Shown piece by piece: positions 52,824 through 64,000 of a stretch of DNA of 64,000 nucleotides. The notes below the pieces were generated by a model that worked only from the letters and a program-made list of their open reading frames with translations, was not told the DNA's origin and did not search any database. Position 1 is the first letter of the stretch, and each line of letters opens with the position of its first letter. The DNA lies in assembly GCA_012295275.1 (NCBI GenBank), contig CM022667.1:22010001-22074000 (forward strand), given 5' to 3'. The DNA comes from Chrysomallon squamiferum. Its lineage: Eukaryota > Animalia > Mollusca. Position numbers and translations under genes: made by a program.

Positions 52824-53033
52824 CTTGGTAGTTAGATGATGGAGCACCATTGGTGACAATTGTTGTTGTGGTTGTAGTGACAGTGCCAGTGTCCTGGGAC
52901 TTCTTACAGACTGATCTACGACAGCAGTAAACAAGAGCAACAACACAAGCAATGAAAATTATGATGCTGCCAACAGTTATTGCAATTGATGCTGTTACAC
53001 CAAGTGACAAGAAGCGATTGATTAAACCATTAT
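52824..53033 (-). CDS. Single-pass membrane protein (Shisa/CYYR1/VOPP1-like), transmembrane exon
   Basis: TTTTCAG acceptor, 210 nt, phase 1-1. Encodes NGLINRFLSLGVTASIAITVGSIIIFIACVVALVYCCRRSVCKKSQDTGTVTTTTTTIV: a TM helix followed by a Cys cluster and basic residues. Donor AAG|GTAATC. Confidence 0.85.
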
Positions 53034-56000
53034 CTGAAAAATAAAATAAATAAAATAATCAAACATAATCAGGTGTGTTTCAACTTCAAGGTTAACACAA
53101 GTATCAAATTACTCATTCTACATTCTGCAGACACAGATTTGTATGATGCATTCAGTGTGAATGCACAGGAATTAATGTATCAGATGTTTTATTCTTTGAC
53201 AGATATCTGTTCATATTCAAAGACATTTATATTTTAGAACAAATTTATTAATAATAAAAAGATCTAGTTCAGAATTAAAATTATTTTCCAAATGTTTATT
53301 TTCTTTACTAATATTGCAAACTACAGTTTGAAAAGGCTTGGGGGATGGGTTTCTGATTTTTATTTATTAACAGAATGAGTAAGGGCTAAACACTTAAAAG
53401 ATAATCTAATCTTAAATGAAGATTATTGTAATGAAACCATTTTAAGATTTTTAGTTAGAAAACAATGAAAAACAAAAATAAAAATAAATAGGCCTACATA
53501 TTTTTCAAATATGAATAAACGCAATTAATTTTAACTTCAATAATTTATTATCCTTTTTTATTAAAGTATTAACAGAACAGTACAGTTAGGTAGTATCAAC
53601 AGTTTCTGAAAGCAGCCTCTTAAAGTCAAAGAAAGTAAAATGGTCAAGGTCATTAATGAAACTGAACCTATCACTGCAGAATGTGCTCGTTGTGGAAAAC
53701 CTTTGAGACAGCCCCTTAATTATAATCTTGAGTTGCAAAATTTGTTTCCAAGAGATCTTTTAGCCTTCTGGAGGGTATAATGGATGTAAGTAATTGTAGA
53801 AATTTGTGAAGAAAATCTGAAGGTGAAAACTACATTTATAGAAATGCTTGAATATAGCTGTAGGAACTGCTACAGCTGACAGTGAAAGTGGATGAAAATG
53901 GTGTAATTTAGTTTGCAGAATTGGCATAAATGACTGCCCATGTTTCAGGCAAACACTATGTTTGATTTAATTAATACTGGCTTCAGACAAGCAGGAGAAT
54001 ACAATCTGATGACAATTTAGTTTCAAAATTTATACCTAGTGTGTCTAATCAATGAAAAGTGAAAATATAATTTTATAATTATAATACAAGATGTTTTACT
54101 GCACCATAAAAAGTATTTATAACAACAGGGTCAGACTCTTAGTTATCTTATGTATCTTTTACAGATACCTTTACTGGCACTGATGTACTTACATATATAT
54201 ATACTCACACACACACAAACATATTGATGCAAATACATACATACTTAATTATATAATTATCTATTACACACACACACACAAACATACATATATGTATAAA
54301 CATATAAGCATATATTAAATTGCTTAAATTTAAATGGCATACAGTTAATTTAAGAAAAAAGACTGCGACATGGCATCCATTTTTCATTTTTTATAACTTT
54401 CATAAAGAATAAAATACCGTGCTGATTCCATCCAGCTCTGAATGTTTGTTTTCATTATATAAAATGTTACAAAGTATCAACATTAGAAATTTTTGTAATT
54501 ACTTTTTGGATTGATTAAATTAATTCACATTTATTTGTCTAGATGAATAAACAGGGATAACTAAGCAATGAAAACATTTAGACGTTATCTCTTTATTACA
54601 ACATTAAAATCAATACAGAGATTATCTGACTTTTCCCAGTGGAAGTAACTCTCCTAGATACTGACAGATTTATACAAAGGTAAATCTTATGTTTGGCTTT
54701 ATTTTAAAAAATTAACAATGAAGGAAAACATCAATTCAGATCAAATTAAAAATATATATAAAGAAAGAAAGAAAAGAAAGAAAATGTAAAAGACAATAAA
54801 GAATTAAAAATAAAAATAAAAATTGATAACAATGAATGTGTAGATGTCAGATTAATCTATCTAGATTAATTATCCAGATAGAAAGACTGATGGTGAAAGA
54901 AAAATATCCTGCAACAAATCAAATTCAACATGAAATTATACAAATGCAGATTTTTTCCCCTTATCCCTACATGGTGTAAGTGAAAAGTTCTCAGTAATTC
55001 TTATTGTCAGTCTGCTGTTAACACTTAGAGATATCTGTCAAAAGAAAAAGCATGTCTTGATAGATCATCTTTCTTGCCTATCCAGAGGGTTTAATTCAAG
55101 ACAGAGTGAGAGAGAGAAAAAATACATCCATCAAGCAACTAATTTATCAAACAAATTTTGTTTACAGGCAGTCCTCCACCAATATTACAAAAGTAGAGAG
55201 ACAAAAAGAAATATCTAACACTAGTCAAGGCAGTGATAACATAATAACTCTGCTGAAACATACAATGCTCCAACAAGATGTTAACTATGAGAAATCAACA
55301 CAATCTGATAATGCACTTTCCCCTATTATAGACAGAAAAGAAAAATGGAAAGGAATATATAAGTTGAATTGGTACTTTTTGCTTCTTTATTTTATTTATT
55401 TATTTATTTATTTATTTATTTTTTATTAATAATATTATTTTTTCTAATTCTGTTTTATAAAATTCAATTTATTCTTGGTAATCTTCTCATTTTAATTTAT
55501 TCCCCATTACCTAAGTTTGCAGAATTTAATTTATAATTTATTTACTACCATTCATCCCTTAATATAATCATTCTTCCATGTATTCTATATTCTATCTTAA
55601 ACCTTCACTTTTTACATCTTTTCATTCAACCACAAGTAATAATAATAACATAAAACAAATAATTCTGCTTCATGTACATCAATGAGTTATCATCATTTTA
55701 TAGCTGAACTTTCTTGATAACAGTATCCTTTGCTTAATTCTAAATGGGTTCATTAGCAAATTTTGTATGTCTGACAAACAATCTGTGCCAAACTAATTGA
55801 AGATTATTCTCCATGGAATTCAGGTCGTATGTGTATGTGCAGAACATGTCAGATGAACAGTATACATTTTGTCAGAATAAGAGCAGACAATCTGTGTTTC
55901 TGGTTTATAAAGATGAACTTGCTGAACTGAATGAATGAACGTAGATATGGTGATATGAGACAAGACAGTGTGGAAAGGTTAATGTGATAAAATGCCATGA

Positions 56001-58198
56001 ATTGTGTAATAAAGTGCACGAGATACATATTTTTGAAAAAAAGAGATGGTATGTTTAATTTGATAAAATGCCAGGAAAAATGCAACAAAGTACATGCAAA
56101 GAAAATTTATGTTTATTTTTTAAATTAACAGAAATGATAAAGATAAAATGCCAGTATAATGTAGTGCATGAGATTGGTATTAAAAATAATTAATATATAT
56201 GTTTAAAGAAAAATAATTGCAACAAGACTTAGAATGAAAGCAACAAATCTGACAATGAAGTTGTTGGCATTTAAAATGAAAGAAAACATAGATTTGTATA
56301 TTTTTTTTTTTTTTTTTTAAAGTGTTAAGAACCGTATTAATTCAAAATTATTGTACACATAGTTTATTGGGTTTTTTTAAATTAATATAGTGAAAATAAA
56401 CATGTTTAAGTAAAGACATGAAACATTTTTGCTGTCAGTTATGAATGTAAATAGCATCTAAATGAGAATTTGTTTTTCTGGTAATTGTTTTCTGGTAAAT
56501 CAAATAATAAAGACTCAAGCGTTTTCTGCCATTTTAACATAGCTATGGCAAAGTCATAACATCCTTTTGTTTTGAATTATTTTGACATTCTGCTGAACTA
56601 AAGTGCTAATGCAGAAATGAATGAGTTGTGATCTTGTGTTGGAAATCAAAGGAAAAAATAGAAACAAAATATTTCCCCTGATATTCCCAAACAACCAAGG
56701 AATTGCTTTATTTAATATATAGTATATTTTAGATAGAATTAGTTTATATAATATACATTATAGTAAATAAATAAAAAAGAAAGAAAGAAAGTAATAATAA
56801 TAATAAAAATAAAATGTAAATAAAATTTAAGTTACATTCCTCAAATTAGACATTAGACCTGCACCACTGAATATTTTCTGCAGTCAATGGAGCCAGTACA
56901 ATGTTGTTGTTTTTTTAATTTCTGAATCCATCATGTATAAAAAATATTTTAATTATATGTCAACAGTTTTAGCATACTCTTTGTAGTTCTCACTAACTGA
57001 AATGTTTACTCTATAAACAGTTTCATTTACATAATAATCAGAAGATACAACAACATCAATAATAATAAGAAGAAAAACTATTTTAGTAATGTATTCAGTA
57101 CATTTTTAATCAAAGGTTATAATCAAGGATCATACAGATAACTTGTAATCACATCCATGTAGCCATGGCAAGTGTAGAAAAATAATAAATGAGGGCACTG
57201 AGAAGGATCAGTTGAGCAATCTCTCATACCTCAGTCGTACTGTAACTGTGCTAAGCCTCTCTTCAGAATGAAAAACAATTATCTAAATATTCACAAATTT
57301 AGTTAATACCAGCTTTATATTCCAGGATATATATATATAAACAATATAACTATATATTTCAAGCCAGTCATAGAGTTAATCAAGTTTGTGCAGTAAGTGT
57401 TTGCTTGAAATGAAATAAAATTATTTGCAACAGGACATCCTCAGTACGAAGAATTAACAAAACTACAGTGTGCTGGGGCGTTATTAAATAAACATGTTAC
57501 TGCAGATGGCTCCACTGTAAACAAAATATCATTGTTGTATCTTCTAACAATGGTCATGAATGAACAGTTTTGTCAGATTAATGGAGTTGTTCTACCAGAA
57601 CCTGACTGGAAGCAATTCTCAACTCCAAGATAATGTAATAACTAGTCAGCCATTTTTAATCCAAGCATACATTAACTAATGATTCACTAATGATTCACAT
57701 TGTTTTGTAATGATCAATTTAAAAAAAATGTTTTCAGACTTTTATCTGGTTAATGAATTTTCGGGTTGGTATTTTTATATTTTGTATATTATATTATACT
57801 TCTTTGGCAAAATATGATTTAATGAAAGGCTACTAACAATGATAGCAATGCCTGAACAGTCATTCTTTGAAACATTCAGAATCAACCCAGTTCAGATTAT
57901 TTACACAAACACCTTTTCCTGACAAATCCAGCAGAATACAATTAATATAAATTAATGTTATAATTTTCTGTTAACAAAGTTCTTAAGTGTTTTCCTAACA
58001 TCAGCTGCCAATGGTTTGTAATGTCTTCAGAATCCATCTAAAGGATCTAATTTGACGGCTTAGTCCCATTTGGTAGAATCCCATTTCGTAGAAAGGCTAA
58101 ATGTGGTTCAGTGGTCTTATTGACATGTTTGGTTTTACCTCAGTCATTTTAATGAACTGCTCCAGATTATTTGGAAAGTGATTATTATTGTATAAATA

Positions 58199-58870
58199 CA
58201 GTAACATCTCGCTTAACGATATGCTTAACGATACCACGCTTTAACAATCTTTCTTCTTTACAAATTATATAAATAGAAATTTAATTTAATAGTTAATTGC
58301 TCGAAATAAATGATACAAATGTATACAGTGCATGTTTTTAAGTCCTTTTTCTTTAATTTTTCGTTCATTCACGAGCTTCTCTCAGTTGTGTTGATCAGTT
58401 GACACGTCATATGTGCATCTGATATTCTGATTCTCTTTTGTCTTCTGCTTCGATTTAGACTTAAACTTGTTTGTAATTTACCCTTCCAATATGTCAAAAC
58501 GAATAACAGTATCCCGGCAAATGCTGATGATAAAAGAAACGGAAGATAATAACTTTAGAAACAAAATACATTATCTTAAATGAAACCAAAACCCACAATG
58601 AGCGGCATATACTTATTTCTTAATGTATTTGTATAAATTGATTTGTAAATGATTTACTGTTTATTTAATATCTACAATCTATTAAATCATTTATGTCTAA
58701 ACTGCCGTTTTATTTCTCCTTATTTCACCTCTTTTTTTTATGTCAGATCTCATCAGCGAGAAAGTAACCACTGCTTTTAACCTTAATTCTATGTAAATTA
58801 GTCTCCCGCTTACCTCACTTAACTATCAGAAATTTGGAACCAATTACATCTTTAATCTGAGGTATTATTG
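58199..58870 (+). mobile_element. Tigger/pogo-derived internally deleted element nested in the previous element
   Basis: TA-flanked imperfect TIRs: CAGTAACATCTCGCTTAACGAT on the left and the reverse complement CAATAATACCTCAGATTAAAGAT on the right. Internal KRKIITLETKYIILNE (from 58537) resembles the start of a CENP-B/pipsqueak HTH. Confidence 0.78.
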
Positions 58871-59479
58871 TAGTATGGATATTGCTTATTGCATGAAGTA
58901 TGCAAATATGACAAATATCGAATTAATCTATGTATCGAATATAGTGAATGTAAATAATTTAAAAAAAAGGTATTTATCTAAAAGTATTCCCAATGATTTG
59001 GTCCTTCGTATAAACTTTTTCAGTCATAGCCAAAGTATTTGCAGGTCATAATATCTTTAGTGTACATACTATTAATATACTATGTCACATATATTGTATA
59101 ATATGTGCACAATCTGAATATGTATGTGTGCATAATGTAAATATGATCAGTAACAGATATCTTGTACATGTTTAAGCTGAATACGGTTGAATTCGAAAAG
59201 TTAATGATAAATGTAACGTTCAAATACTCTATTTACTGAATATAAGTAAATTACTCATATGTAAAATATGTTTTGTTAAAAATTATATTTGCTTAATTAG
59301 TTATTTATAATATTTTTGTCGTATTCTCTTACAGAAGCAAGCCATTTTTCTTTTCTTTCATTCTTTTTTCGTTTTGTATTTTAATAGATAGATGAAATTG
59401 ATGTAAAATTGTTTATTATTGGTTGCTTGTTTTGTAACGGAAATGAAATGTTTATGAATTAGAAATGACCAATTTAAAA

Positions 59480-59513
<34 letters not shown>

Positions 59514-59665
59514 GTAACAGTAATTATAATAAGAAGAATAAGAAGAATAACAATAATAATAATAATAACAACAATAATAATAGTAATAATATAATAATAA
59601 TAATAATAATGTTGATGATGATAATTATGATGATGATAATGAGAAGGAGGAAGATGATGAAATAA
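59480..59665. repeat. Degenerate AAT/GAT/AAG triplet tract inside the MULE-like element
   Basis: Direct reading; it explains the spurious poly-N ORF. Confidence 0.9.
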
Positions 59666-60454
59666 TGAAAAAGTAACAAATCAACAACAAATGAGTTGTG
59701 AATGCTTATTCTGCTTTCGGTTGATGTTACATAATCGATTTAGGAACAATGCGCTCCCCCTCTAAATGTTAGAAAGAAACCAGATGTATGCACAGGCCAA
59801 GTTCATTATATACAGAGGTAATCAGGTATTGCGGGAGACCAGATTTTTCTACGAAATGGGAATTATACGAACTGGGAATCTACCAAATGGGAAGACACCA
59901 ATTTGACAGGTAGGTTCAAACCATCATGCTTTATCTCAGTCAAATGCCAGACCATCAACCATGCATTGCACAGCAGACCACAGCTACCACATATTGTAAA
60001 CATTTGTTAGTATCATACCTGCAGAATGCCAGGCTTGTGTACTGGCATGAATTAGCTGTCAAACACTGACTTACAACATGTCTACCATGATGCCAGGATT
60101 ACATTCAGATGTTTTGTTTTTTCATTAACTACTTTTAATTTAAATCAATCCTCAGTAATTATCCAAGTGACACAAAAAATATTAGGTAATGCTTTATACT
60201 TCATCACTTACTGTCAAGTTTGATATTACTCCAGTTTTATATGAAATGTTGTTATACATATTTTTGAGATGAAGTTATTTAAAAGTCAGATTGTTTGCTT
60301 AAACCTGGATATGGTTAAAAACAAGAATTAATATATAGTCCCACAGAAAAAAAATATATTTAAAAATAGCATCCCATAATGAATAACTATATCATTCAAT
60401 TACATTAAATACAAAATAAAAAACTGATTACTTTTCTAAAAATAAAATCTGATA

Positions 60455-60572
60455 AACCAAATGGAGACACTAGCTGGAACCGGCAGTTCACAATCAGTAC
60501 AATGAAAAGGACTGATCCTGACTCCCAAGTCCAATGACATTTTGGACTTACCACTGAACAATAGCTTACTCT
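60455..60572 (-). mobile_element. Degenerate tRNA-derived SINE head
   Basis: The minus strand reads A-box-like TTCAGTGGTAAG, B-box-like AGGATCAGTCC, then GTTCCAGCTAGTG. From memory this resembles gastropod SINE layouts; not database-checked. Confidence 0.45.
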
Positions 60573-63500
60573 CCAATAATTTTGGTCATGAAATCTTGAG
60601 ATCTCCCCGAGGAAGCCGGGTTTGTTTGAAACTAGTAGTGATTATCTGCAAATTGCACGAATCACAGACCTAATTAAATCCCTCCAAGATCTATCTGAAA
60701 TCTCAGTGAAATTGAAAAGATAAAAAAAAATGGTAGGCTAAGACACTATGTTTCTACAGTGGTTCCTGACAATGCATCAGTTAGTGCAATATGTCACTCA
60801 CAATCTGTTGATCAGGTGTCTGTAGTAAAAACTAGATTCTGCTGATAAACCAGCACAGCGCATGTGATGAGGAAAAAGAACTTTATATGTCATTCATTCT
60901 AATAATCTCTGGAATTTGATGGATCAATCATCAAAAAATGAAATTTGTAAGGAATGTAAGAGGAATATAAAAGATGTCATAATATCCAATTTTCTACATT
61001 AGTCTGATTTCAAACCTATGCAGATTTGATCATTCAATTTTTTGTTTTGTTTTTCTTCTCTCTCTATCTCTAACTTCATTTAATATATTTATCTCTGATT
61101 CTTAATGCTACTATACAATAAACACAGACACACACACATTATATACATTAATTAAGTTGATCAAGCAAACACTTTAAACTGACTGTCATGCCATCGATAA
61201 AGGTATGGACTATGATTTAATAAAGCAGCTTTTGTCCTATTTGATTTTTCACTAAGGGGGCTTTTATCCTACCTTGCATATCCACTAATATTTAAACATT
61301 CATCTTTTCCTTAATACATCACAATGTATACAGTTTTACTTTCATAAGTGCTTTCATAATGGTTAAAATTAAAATCAGTTTCAAAAGTAAGTATTTAAAA
61401 TAATCAATATTTTTGTAAATAGGAGTAATTAAAAACATCAAGGAAAATGATTAAATATTTTCACTATCTTGGTATCAGAGTTATTTATTTATTTATTTGT
61501 TTGTTTTTATTTTTAATTTTTTAATTTTTAATTAATTTTTTTTTCCATGTAGATTTATTATTTTTATTGTTAATAATATATTAAAACAAAGACTAAAGTA
61601 GGTTATAAAAATTCAATCACCTGAGGTATTAACCCCATTTTAGCAGAGAATCAAACAGAATTCTATAGTTTTGGGGTTTCTTAACATGCCGAGAAGCCAA
61701 ACAGAGTGAAATTCAATCTGCTCAGCTATTCCTAATTGCGTCATGAAATGACACCAATTTCTCTGGTGACCGTTAACCAAACACCAATGAGAGGTGTTCG
61801 TAATTATTTGAAAATGCAGCAATTTGTCTGGCCTGAATCCTTTTGGCAACACCTAACAGGAAGATGTTTTAATACTAATGGAAAATAAATTGGGGGTTTT
61901 ATCCATGCTTCTACATCTTCAGCATGATTTAACCTATCCATGCCAAGTATTGCATATTCTGCTAATATGTTTAACAGTGGCATTGTTAAGACAAATATTT
62001 TGTTAATTTGAAAATAACATTAGTGGTATGTACTGAAAAGTCTGCAGACAATATTTTTTCACAGTATTTTATCTTCCTTCAATTCTTCTTTTTTCTTTTC
62101 TTAAAGTATAGTTTTAATTTAAAATATTATTAATATGAACCAGTATTATGCAATAAATTCTTCTTCTATTAATATCATTGGATTCAGGCAGAGTTAATGC
62201 TTCCAAATCACGACTGGTCACAGGAGACATTCCAACATTAAATCAACAAACCAAGTATCTAAATCTGGATACAATGCATCAGAATGATACTGAAGGTTTA
62301 GACTTTAAAACGAAACTATCCTTCATCTAACTATTACAAATAGGGACATCTCGTCCTTTACCTAACTATTATAGTACAAACAGGGAAATCACATCCTTTA
62401 CTAATTACAATCAGTGACATCTCATCTGCTACCTGATTATAGCAGTAAATTATCTCTATTTCTTGTCCTGAAATAACTATTATTGACAGTTTAAAAATAT
62501 ATATATATATATTATAGATTTTTAATTAAGTATGTGAAAGCAATTGCACTGAATTTAATTTCATATAATATATAATAGTGTACATCAATGACAGAATAAT
62601 AAATGTTTTATTTATTATCTTTTATATGCCATTTATTTTCTAATTTAGTAAAAGAAAAAGAAGAGTAATTCTTGATTATAAAAGTATATACGGGTGAACC
62701 ATATTTATTATGGTATTTATGGACTTCAATGACAAGAATGTAATAAAGTTTTAACTAAAATAATACAATTTACTTTTAAAAACATCCCAGATAGGTTGGT
62801 ACTCAGTTTATTAACAATCAACTGAATAAACCACTTTATGACATTGTATGGTTAATAATGAATTTTTCATCAATTCACAAGATTGAAGCAATAACCAGTA
62901 ATCACCATTCTTTGATGTGTAATATTAATATCTGCTTTACTGATACAGAATTATTTAAACTAAAAGGTATTTAATAAACATGAGGCTGTTTTAACAAATC
63001 TAGGAAAAAAGTCACAGGAAAAAGATTCCAGAAAAAAAAACCCACAGCAAAGTCACAAAATAAATGTAATATTTAACCCTCAGATAAACTAACAAAGCCC
63101 TGATATAAATAGTTTATTTCATATTAATTATATATGGTGACTTTTCCAAAGTTTAGATGCAGACTGTGGTAAACAGTAAATGATACAGGTTCCAAAAGGA
63201 CAGTTCCAGGGAGGTAAATTAACTGCCACTGTACAGTGTTTCAACTGTTAACTTTGGTCTTGGAAAAACATATTAATTTTAGAGTTGCTGAACTGTAATG
63301 TATCAACAAGATAGAGATTTGTCCTTTTGCAAACCCAAGATAGCAATTTAATTTCAATATGTAATCTGCAGTACCATTTGTCATCTGTCAACAAGATAAA
63401 TTTATATCTATATCTTCTTGTAAAATAAATTTTAAACTCTTTTAAAGTGTAAATAAAATATATAGCCTATATTTGAATAAATTTATTTAAAATTACTATG

Positions 63501-64000
63501 CAGCATTAAATAATTTTAAAATACAACACAGTAAGATAAATTTAAACTGTTAACAATAACAGTAATAATGATGACAGTAATACTTATAAAATTAAGAAAA
63601 TAGTGATAAAAAGCAATATTTAATTTTAAATGTAAAGCAAAAAGAAATTAAAAAGGAAAATAAATAACTATAAAAATTATTATAAATAATTGATGATTGT
63701 TGTTTTTTCTATAACAAAAATATAAATAAATTTAAATAAAAAGGGGAATAAATTCAAATTCCTACAACCTTATTTTATTGTACAACAAATAAAAACATTT
63801 AAATGTTTTCTTTTGCAAATTACAAAAAATAAAATAAAAATAAAAATAAAATAATAATAATAATAAATAAATTAATTAATTAAAAAAAGTAAAGGAAAAA
63901 GAAAAGAGATCTTCAGTAGCCATCACATTTTAATCTTAAAAATTCTATGATAATAATTTAAAAAATAAAAATATTTTAATTTTCTTTTCTAAATACTTCT

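Larger units (their letters stand above)
58057..59899. mobile_element. Non-autonomous DNA transposon with GG...CC termini and 8-bp TSD (MULE/foldback-like)
   Basis: AATTTGAC is directly repeated at 58049-58056 and 59900-59907. The inverted termini are built from tandem TCCCATTT(G/C)GTAGAA units, 2 on the left and 3 on the right. Superfamily assignment is inference. Confidence 0.85.

Noticed and set aside
55106-55429. 107-aa ORF on +
   Set aside because: GTG start, no recognisable domain, runs into a TTTA repeat, and is probably intronic antisense to the membrane-protein gene.
59465-59665. Poly-Asn/Ile/Met ORF
   Set aside because: Triplet microsatellite inside a transposon.
60455-60572. Possible tRNA gene
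   Set aside because: The A/B boxes are degenerate and no cloverleaf forms; better explained as a SINE head.
63000-63150. GGAAAAAAGTCACA-type repeats with a distant inverted GTGACTTTTCC
   Set aside because: Probably a highly decayed transposon remnant; boundaries and TSD cannot be supported.
53040-64000. Search for the Cys-rich ectodomain and signal exons of the minus-strand membrane gene
   Set aside because: No AG/GT-bounded Cys-rich phase-1 exon could be supported; it probably lies beyond the window.

Overview
AT-rich, microsatellite-rich, intron-containing animal genomic DNA, most consistent with a lophotrochozoan (probably a gastropod mollusc; inference). Three protein-coding genes can be reconstructed by hand. 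(1) A p130Cas/BCAR1-family adaptor on + (micro-exon 4931-4945, SH3 exon 18509-18778, one large exon 20385-22895; about 931 aa). (2) Prefoldin subunit 2 on - (three exons, 33741 to 31610, 141 aa). (3) The last two exons of a single-pass Cys/Tyr/Pro-rich Shisa/CYYR1-like membrane protein on - (53033-52824, 51633-51359). Mobile DNA includes a decayed, 5'-truncated RNase H-bearing LINE (about 35080-37515), a complete Tc2/pogo-type MITE (29193-29987), a Tigger-derived element nested inside an 8-bp-TSD MULE-like element (58057-59899), an inverted pair of related elements bracketing the Cas gene, and degenerate SINE relics. The most unusual signals are a natural Tyr-to-Phe change at the Cas SH3 regulatory site plus a doubled Src-SH3 motif, a candidate decayed receptor gene with a tyrosine-motif tail split by the LINE, a candidate two-exon non-coding gene, and a MEF2/E-box/MCAT cluster in Cas intron 1. 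I found no convincing evidence for a wholly new biological system; the findings below are leads.
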